A DNA stretch of 64,000 nt from Candidatus Zixiibacteriota bacterium (lineage in GTDB: Bacteria; Zixibacteria; MSB-5A5; GN15; PGXB01), in NCBI GenBank assembly GCA_026397505.1, contig JAPLUR010000047.1, forward strand, positions 11,040 to 75,039, written 5' to 3'. Below are positions 57,934-64,000 of this stretch, piece after piece. Made by a program: the position numbers and the translations under genes. Position 1 is the stretch's first letter. Every line of letters begins with the position of its first letter. The notes below the pieces were generated by a model that worked only from the letters and a program-made list of their open reading frames with translations, had not been told where the DNA came from and searched no databases.

Positions 57934-58228
57934 TCCGAGTTGTGCCTGCTGTAAGTTACAGTCATCAGAATAGTTCCATTATTATACGACTAATGCGGTG
58001 TTCTTTTCACTAATATAATATACTTATTTTGGGGCGGCGGTCAAATCCTTATGAAATTCAAGGGAATAACTGATATGAAAAGTGCTTAAATTGTGAAAAA
58101 AGTAACAATATTTTATTGACAATATTGTTCTTTTTGTCTATAATTTAAATAGAGACAGATAACATCATAATTGGGCGGTTTTGCTTTTATTTGAGCAGGC
58201 AGAGCTGTCACAATCTGAGGTGTTTGGT

Positions 58229-58651
58229 ATGCAGTTCACAAGAGCGGAAGAATACGGGATTATGGGTGTCATGTATCTGGCCGAACAGGACAGGAGCCGG
58301 GTTGTTCCCTTGTCGGAGATTGCTGATGCTCAGGAAGTCCCGGAAAAGTTTCTCGCCAAAATATTCCAGAATCTCACCAAGTCGGGATTGGTCAGATCGC
58401 ATCGGGGAGTGAAAGGCGGATTCACTCTGGGCAAGACACCCGATGGGATTTCGATGCGGGAGGTCGTTGAAACCATTCAGGGCCCTTATCAACTGATCAA
58501 ATGCCTGCATGACAAGGAGTGTTGCGAGAAATACCGGTGCTGTCCCATAAGGGTAGTGCTGGAAGAGGCTGAAAGACAACTGCTGGATGTATTCAATAAA
58601 TACACGGTGGATGATCTTCTGAAATGGAAAAAGAAAGCCGCCAAGGCTTGA
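58229..58651 (+). CDS. Rrf2-family (IscR-like) transcriptional regulator
   Basis: MQFTRAEEYGIMGVMYLAE wHTH. Cys cluster CCEKYRCC. GAGGTG RBS before the ATG at 58229. Confidence 0.8.
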   Translation: MQFTRAEEYGIMGVMYLAEQDRSRVVPLSEIADAQEVPEKFLAKIFQNLTKSGLVRSHRGVKGGFTLGKTPDGISMREVVETIQGPYQLIKCLHDKECCEKYRCCPIRVVLEEAERQLLDVFNKYTVDDLLKWKKKAAKA

Positions 58652-58743
58652 TGCATTAAGGTTTTCTCTCCAAAAAAGAGTTGGCCTGTAGGCAACGAAT
58701 GCGTATATTATTAGGTTTTTGTTCCTAAGTTTTAGGAGAGAAA

Positions 58744-59298
58744 GTGCCTGTAAAATCGGATCGGTGGATAAAGGAAATGTCACTCAAGAAGGGAATGATT
58801 CGTCCTTTTACCGCCAAGCAAATAAAGAGCGGCATCAGCTACGGACTGTCCTCTTACGGCTACGATATCCGGGTGGCCGACGAATTCAAGATTTTCACCA
58901 ATGTCAATTCATCGATAATTGATCCCAAGGATTTTTCGACCGATTCATTTGTTGATGTCAAAGCCAAATCGGTGCTGATTCCACCCAACTCTTTTGCGCT
59001 GGCGCGGTCGGTGGAATATTTCAAAATCCCGAGGGAAGTTATCACCATCTGTCTGGGCAAATCGACCTACGCCCGATGCGGCATTATCGTTAATGTCACG
59101 CCCTTTGAGCCGGAGTGGGAAGGATTCGCCACTCTGGAAATATCCAACACCACTCCCCTACCGGCCAAGATTTACGCCAATGAAGGAATCGCACAGATAA
59201 TTTTTCTGGGGGCGGATGAGCTCTGCATGGTCTCTTATGCCGACAGAAAAGGCAAATACCAGGGGCAGAAGCATATTACTCTGCCGAAGACAATCTAA
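58744..59298 (+). CDS. dcd: dCTP deaminase
   Basis: About 184 aa with Dcd-family motifs ([17 protein letters not shown]..., E..SNT). GTG start with AGGAGAG RBS. Confidence 0.8.
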   Translation: MPVKSDRWIKEMSLKKGMIRPFTAKQIKSGISYGLSSYGYDIRVADEFKIFTNVNSSIIDPKDFSTDSFVDVKAKSVLIPPNSFALARSVEYFKIPREVITICLGKSTYARCGIIVNVTPFEPEWEGFATLEISNTTPLPAKIYANEGIAQIIFLGADELCMVSYADRKGKYQGQKHITLPKTI

Positions 59299-59351
59299 GG
59301 GGCATTAAATTCAAGGAAATCATAACAATTATCAACTGGAGATAGATTTTC

Positions 59352-62300
59352 ATGTCAACCAAACCAGAAGAAAAAGCGACGAGGAGGGCCGGTGATTCCA
59401 TGACCAAAACGAGAAGAATGGTCACGATTGACGGGAATACCGCGGCCGCCTATGTAGCTCATGCCTTGAGTGAAGTAATCGCCATATATCCTATCACACC
59501 TTCATCCAATATGGGTGAAATCGCCGACGCCAAATCGGCGGACGGCGAGACCAACATCTGGGGGACAATTCCCAATGTGGTCGAAATGCAGTCGGAAGGG
59601 GGCGCCTCCGGCGCGGTTCATGGAGCCGCCACGGCCGGGGCGCTGACCACCACCTTCACCGCTTCGCAGGGACTCCTGTTGATGATTCCCAATATGTTCA
59701 AGATTTCGGGCGAAATGACGCCGACGGTGTTTCATGTATCGGCCCGTTCGGTGGCCACTCACGCCCTCTCTATTTTCGGCGACCACTCCGATGTCATGGC
59801 GACTCGTTCGACCGGTTTCGGCCTTATTGCCTCAGGATCGGTGCAGGAAGTGATGGATCTGGCGCTAATCACTCACGCCGCGTCGTTGGAGAGCCGGGTG
59901 CCGTTTGTTCATTTCTTCGATGGGTTCCGTACCTCGCATGAGGAGCAGAAAGTTGAGCAGTTTGATTTTGAGGATATCCGCGCCATGATCAGTGAAGAGG
60001 CAATTGCGGCGCACCGCGCCCGTTCCCTCAGCCCCGACCATCCGACGCTGAAGGGATCTTCACAGAACCCGGATGTTTTTTTCCAGGCGCGAGAGACGGT
60101 CAATAAATATTATTTGAAGGCTCCCGAGATTATCCAGCAAGTAATGGACCGGTTCGCGAAAGTTGTCGGGCGTCAGTACCGGCTGTTTGATTATTTCGGC
60201 GCCCCGGATGCCGACCGGATTGTAATTATGATGGCCTCGGGCGCGGAAACGATGCATGAGACGATTGATTATCTCAACGCCCATGGCGAAAAAGTGGGGT
60301 TGATAAAAATCCGGTTGTATCGTCCTTTCTCCATCGAAGCGCTGCTTAAAGCGATTCCCAAAACGGTCAAAAAGATCGCCGTGCTTGACCGCACCAAAGA
60401 GCCGGGTGCGGTGGGCGAACCGCTCTATGTCGACATACAATCGGTTGTCGGCGAGGGGATGAAAAACGGGCTGGCCCCGTTCAGTGAATATCCGCTGATT
60501 GTCGGCGGGCGGTATGGTTTAAGCTCCAAGGAGTTCACTCCGGCCATGGCCAGGGCGGTTCTGGATAATATCAAAATCGGCCAGCCGAAGAATCATTTTA
60601 CGGTCGGTATTGTCGATGATGTCACCTATACCAGTCTTGAGGTTGACAATTCTTTCAGTGTCGAAGGGGATGATGTTTTCCGCGGGCTGTTTTACGGCCT
60701 GGGCGCGGACGGCACGGTCGGCGCCAACAAAAATTCCATCAAGATTATCGGTGAAAACACGAACAACTATGCTCAGGGTTATTTTGTTTACGACTCCAAG
60801 AAAGCCGGCGCGGTCACGGTATCGCACCTGCGTTTCGGCAAGAAAATTATCCGCAGCCCCTATCTGATCGATTCGGCCAAGTTCGTGGCCTGCCACAATT
60901 TCTCTTTCCTCGAACGGTATGATATGCTTTCGCCGCTCGTTAAGGGAGGCACTTTCCTGCTTACCTGCCCCTACGGCCCCGAGGAAGTATGGGACAAGCT
61001 GCCCATGGAAGTGCAGAAACAGATAATCGACAAAAAAGCCAGGTTCTATGTGATTGATGCGATCAAACTGGGCAAAGAGCTCGGCCTGGGGGCGCGAATC
61101 AACATGATCATGCAGACCGCTTTCTTTTCCATCAGCGGCATTCTGCCCAAGGATGAAGCGATCATGGCTATCAAGGATGCTCTGAAAAAGACCTATGGCC
61201 ACAAAGGCGACAAAGTGGTGCAGATGAATTATGCCTCGGTCGATGCCGCGGTCAGCAATATTCACCAGGTGCAGTATCCCGACCGGGTCACCAGCAAGAT
61301 CAAGATGCCGCCGCTGGTTCCCGAAAACGCTCCCGAATTTGTCCGGTACGTAACGGCGACAATTATCTCGGGCAAAGGCGATACGCTTCCGGTTTCGGCG
61401 ATGCCCGATGACGGGACATTCATGACCGGCACGACACAGTATGAGAAGAGAAATATTGCGGTCGAAATTCCGGTCTGGGATGAACAGCTCTGCATTCAGT
61501 GCGGTATCTGTTCCATTGTTTGCCCGCATGCCTCAATCAGAATGAAAATTTATGATTCCAAGCTGCTGGCGAAGGCGCCGGAGACTTTCAAGGCGGTCGA
61601 TGCCAAAACCAAACAGTATGAAGGGCTGAAATATACGCTTCAGGTGGCACCAGAGGATTGCACCGGCTGCGAGGTCTGTGTCAACGCCTGCCCGGTTTAC
61701 GGCAAGGACGACAAGGGGAACAAGACCGACCACAAGGCGATCAACATGGCGGTGCAGCTTCCCCTGCGCGAGAAGGAAGCCAAGAACTGGGAATTTTTCC
61801 TTTCGCTGCCGGAGACCGACCCTTCGCTTTTCAATCCCGAGACGGTCAAAGGAAGTCAACTGGTCAGGCCGTTATTCGAATTTTCGGGCGCCTGCGCCGG
61901 GTGCGGCGAGACGCCATATATCAAGCTGGTCAGCCAGTTGTTCGGTGATCGGGCTTTGATCGGAAACGCCACCGGCTGCTCATCGATTTATGGCGGAAAT
62001 CTTCCCACGACACCATATACCAAGCGTGCCGACGGGCGCGGGCCGGCCTGGTCCAACTCCCTTTTTGAGGACAATGCCGAATTCGGATTCGGGATGCGTC
62101 TGGCGGTCGACAAGATGAAAGAGCATGCTTTGGAATTGACCGCCAAGCTCTGCCCCGAGGAGTACGAGGCAATCAAGAACGCCGACCAGTCGATTCAGGC
62201 CGGGATTGAACTTCAGAGAGAGCGGATCGTGAAGCTGAAAATGAAACTGCAGAAAATGCGCGGCGAAGAAGCCAAGAAGCTTTTGACCATTGCCGATTAT

Positions 62301-62975
62301 CTGGTGAGAAAATCGGTCTGGGCTTTCGGCGGTGACGGCTGGGCGTATGATATCGGGTTCGGCGGACTCGATCATGTGCTGGCCTCGGGAAGAGATGTCA
62401 ATGTCCTGGTGCTCGATACCGAGGTTTATTCCAACACCGGCGGACAGATGTCCAAATCATCGCCGATGGGAGCGGTCGCCAAGTTTGCGGCCGCCGGCAA
62501 GCCGATTCCCAAGAAGGATTTGGGAATGATCATGATGGCTTACGGGAGTGTTTATGTCGCGCAGATTGCCATCGGAGCGAGCCAGAATCAGACGGTTAAG
62601 GCGATAGTGGAGGCCGAGCGGTATAACGGACCCTCCATCATCATCGCTTACAGCCATTGTATTGCACATGGCATAGACATGTCGCACGGTCTGGATGAAC
62701 ATAAGAAGGCGGTTGATTCCGGTCACTGGATTCTCTATCGTTTCAACCCGGAGCTGATTGCGCAGGGGAAGAACCCTCTTCAACTGGACAGCAAGCCGCC
62801 GTCGATAAGTTATGCCGACTATGCCTATGGCGAGGTTCGTTTCCGGACTCTTAAAGCCAGCATGCCGGAGCGTTCCGACAAATTGATTCGGATGGCTCAG
62901 GAGGATGCGGTGAGGAGATATAATCTCTACAAGCAGATGGCCGCCATGGATTATAGTTTTATGATCAAGAAATAG
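59352..62975 (+). CDS. nifJ: pyruvate:ferredoxin (flavodoxin) oxidoreductase, single-polypeptide PFOR
   Basis: About 1207 aa. Two 4Fe-4S motifs CIQCGICSIVCP and CTGCEVCVNACP. TPP-binding region GDGWAYDIGFGGLDH. Confidence 0.9.
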   Translation: MSTKPEEKATRRAGDSMTKTRRMVTIDGNTAAAYVAHALSEVIAIYPITPSSNMGEIADAKSADGETNIWGTIPNVVEMQSEGGASGAVHGAATAGALTTTFTASQGLLLMIPNMFKISGEMTPTVFHVSARSVATHALSIFGDHSDVMATRSTGFGLIASGSVQEVMDLALITHAASLESRVPFVHFFDGFRTSHEEQKVEQFDFEDIRAMISEEAIAAHRARSLSPDHPTLKGSSQNPDVFFQARETVNKYYLKAPEIIQQVMDRFAKVVGRQYRLFDYFGAPDADRIVIMMASGAETMHETIDYLNAHGEKVGLIKIRLYRPFSIEALLKAIPKTVKKIAVLDRTKEPGAVGEPLYVDIQSVVGEGMKNGLAPFSEYPLIVGGRYGLSSKEFTPAMARAVLDNIKIGQPKNHFTVGIVDDVTYTSLEVDNSFSVEGDDVFRGLFYGLGADGTVGANKNSIKIIGENTNNYAQGYFVYDSKKAGAVTVSHLRFGKKIIRSPYLIDSAKFVACHNFSFLERYDMLSPLVKGGTFLLTCPYGPEEVWDKLPMEVQKQIIDKKARFYVIDAIKLGKELGLGARINMIMQTAFFSISGILPKDEAIMAIKDALKKTYGHKGDKVVQMNYASVDAAVSNIHQVQYPDRVTSKIKMPPLVPENAPEFVRYVTATIISGKGDTLPVSAMPDDGTFMTGTTQYEKRNIAVEIPVWDEQLCIQCGICSIVCPHASIRMKIYDSKLLAKAPETFKAVDAKTKQYEGLKYTLQVAPEDCTGCEVCVNACPVYGKDDKGNKTDHKAINMAVQLPLREKEAKNWEFFLSLPETDPSLFNPETVKGSQLVRPLFEFSGACAGCGETPYIKLVSQLFGDRALIGNATGCSSIYGGNLPTTPYTKRADGRGPAWSNSLFEDNAEFGFGMRLAVDKMKEHALELTAKLCPEEYEAIKNADQSIQAGIELQRERIVKLKMKLQKMRGEEAKKLLTIADYLVRKSVWAFGGDGWAYDIGFGGLDHVLASGRDVNVLVLDTEVYSNTGGQMSKSSPMGAVAKFAAAGKPIPKKDLGMIMMAYGSVYVAQIAIGASQNQTVKAIVEAERYNGPSIIIAYSHCIAHGIDMSHGLDEHKKAVDSGHWILYRFNPELIAQGKNPLQLDSKPPSISYADYAYGEVRFRTLKASMPERSDKLIRMAQEDAVRRYNLYKQMAAMDYSFMIKK

Positions 62976-62999
62976 TCCGAGGCGGCCGGCTAAATCAAG

Positions 63000-63030
63000 G
63001 GCAGGATGGTTGTTCCTGCCCTTTTCTATT
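63000..63030 (+). terminator. rho-independent terminator after PFOR gene
   Basis: Stem GGCAGGA-TGGTTGT-TCCTGCC followed by CTTTTCTATTT. Confidence 0.65.
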
Positions 63031-63031
63031 T

Positions 63032-63255
63032 GCTGTTGCGTCAGGTCCTAGATTCCGCCTTAGCGGAAGCGAGACCTGACGCCTCCGTAGGATATTCTAT
63101 GTTGCTGTTGCGTCAGGTCCTAGATTCCGCGCCAGCGGAAGCGAGACCTGACGCGACAGAGGTGGGGCAAGAAAATATTGACTAACAGGGAAATATTCGC
63201 TGTTGCGTCAGGTCCTAGATTTCGCGCCAGCGGAAGCGAGACCTGACGCAACAGA
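63032..63255. repeat. array of three 52-nt hairpin repeats (GCTGTTGCGTCAGGTCCTAGATTCCGCGCCAGCGGAAGCGAGACCTGACGC) with irregular 18-44 nt spacers
   Basis: Copies at 63032-63082, 63104-63154 and 63199-63255. Each has a 10-15 bp outer stem and an inner TTCCGC/GCGGAA hairpin. Confidence 0.8.
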
Positions 63256-63326
63256 GAATCGCATCAAAATTAAATTGACTATTCGGTCAATTTTGATGAT
63301 ACTGTTGACCTTAGGGTAAGAGCAAA

Positions 63327-64000
63327 ATGAATTCGCTTGAATACTATTATCATCAAATCAGAATCTGGCTGATCTTACATAAATATAAAGTGACTGCCGG
63401 GATCATTTTGGCGGTTATCAGCATATTAATAAGCTCTTTTGGGTGGTTGTGTCCACGACCGGCGGAGTTGTCAAAGCAAGATCAGGAAAAGATTGATCAA
63501 ATTCCGCAATTGGAGCAGCGCACTGCCGAAATCGCCGAATCCGTGAAGAAACTGGAGAATGCGCTTGGCCAAAAGCCTTATTTGGATGGCCTTACCCAGT
63601 CGCCGCCACCGGTCTTCAATCCTTTCAAGAAAGGGCTTGATTTGATGGCTCAATCCAAATGGGATGAGGCCATTGTCGAGTTTAAGATATCAATGAAAGA
63701 GGCCAAAGGAAGCCAGCTCGTCGCCCTGTACAATCTCATCGGAATATGTTACGACACCCCCGGCAAACTCGATTCCGCGCTCTCATCTTACAATAAATCC
63801 CTGGAGCTGGCGCGGCAATTTGCAGACAGAATGGGGGAAGCGAATGCTCTGGGGAACATCGGGAATATCTATTATGCTAAGGGGGACTTAGATGCGGCGC
63901 TGAAATATCAGCAAGAGGCTTTAAAAATAGATAGGGAGATAGGTTATAAGCAGGGTGAAGCGTCGGACTTGGGGAACATCGGACTGATCTATAAGGCTAA
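63327..64000 (+). CDS. TPR-repeat protein with N-terminal TM anchor (3'-partial, continues beyond window)
   Basis: The open frame has no stop before the window end. TPR-like repeats ANALGNIGNIYYAKGDLDAALKYQQEAL and EASDLGNIGLIYKA. Confidence 0.65.
   Translation, partial: MNSLEYYYHQIRIWLILHKYKVTAGIILAVISILISSFGWLCPRPAELSKQDQEKIDQIPQLEQRTAEIAESVKKLENALGQKPYLDGLTQSPPPVFNPFKKGLDLMAQSKWDEAIVEFKISMKEAKGSQLVALYNLIGICYDTPGKLDSALSSYNKSLELARQFADRMGEANALGNIGNIYYAKGDLDAALKYQQEALKIDREIGYKQGEASDLGNIGLIYKA

Noticed and set aside
60519-61529. 336-aa minus-strand ORF inside the PFOR gene
   Set aside because: Antisense to a gene with unmistakable PFOR motifs. No RBS, and composition is shadow-like.
63032-63255. 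Possible CRISPR array (three direct repeats with spacers)
   Set aside because: Repeat unit is about 52 nt, longer than typical CRISPR repeats. There are only three copies and the spacers are irregular (18, 44 nt). No cas genes are in the window. More consistent with REP/BIME-like hairpin repeats.

Overview
Gene-dense bacterial chromosomal window, about 55-60% GC. Three large secreted proteins carry Por/type IX secretion (T9SS) C-terminal sorting domains, which points to an FCB-group-like or candidate-phylum anaerobe; the taxon cannot be placed from sequence alone. Recognisable housekeeping and metabolic genes: a Hanks-type Ser/Thr kinase, mntH with a tandem-USP protein, a variant System I cytochrome c maturation operon (ccmABCDEF, CcmE with CxxxY instead of HxxxY), prfB with its programmed +1 frameshift, pta, an aminotransferase, pckA, gltA, two orphan sensor histidine kinases, trxB, cobO, an Rrf2 regulator, dcd, and pyruvate:ferredoxin oxidoreductase. 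Two genes (an MFS transporter and ccmA) are broken by 1-nt indels in homopolymers, probably assembly errors. Accessory-looking content stands out in four places. (i) A four-gene operon: kinase, membrane protein, 11-residue-repeat fibre-like secreted protein, T9SS cargo. (ii) An AT-rich cassette at about 12.1-15.8 kb with two lipoproteins ending in Cys-rich hydrophobic tails and paralogous small two-TM proteins, bracketed by about 48-bp palindromic direct repeats. (iii) Two diverged paralogous small secreted proteins with duplicated, structured 5' leaders. (iv) Several families of repeated intergenic elements: a GTCGAAAC...GTTTCGACCTA hairpin family (5 copies), a bipartite about 220-nt element (2 copies), and a triple 52-nt hairpin array after the PFOR gene. 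No integrase, transposase, reverse transcriptase, cas genes, rRNA or convincing tRNA were seen.
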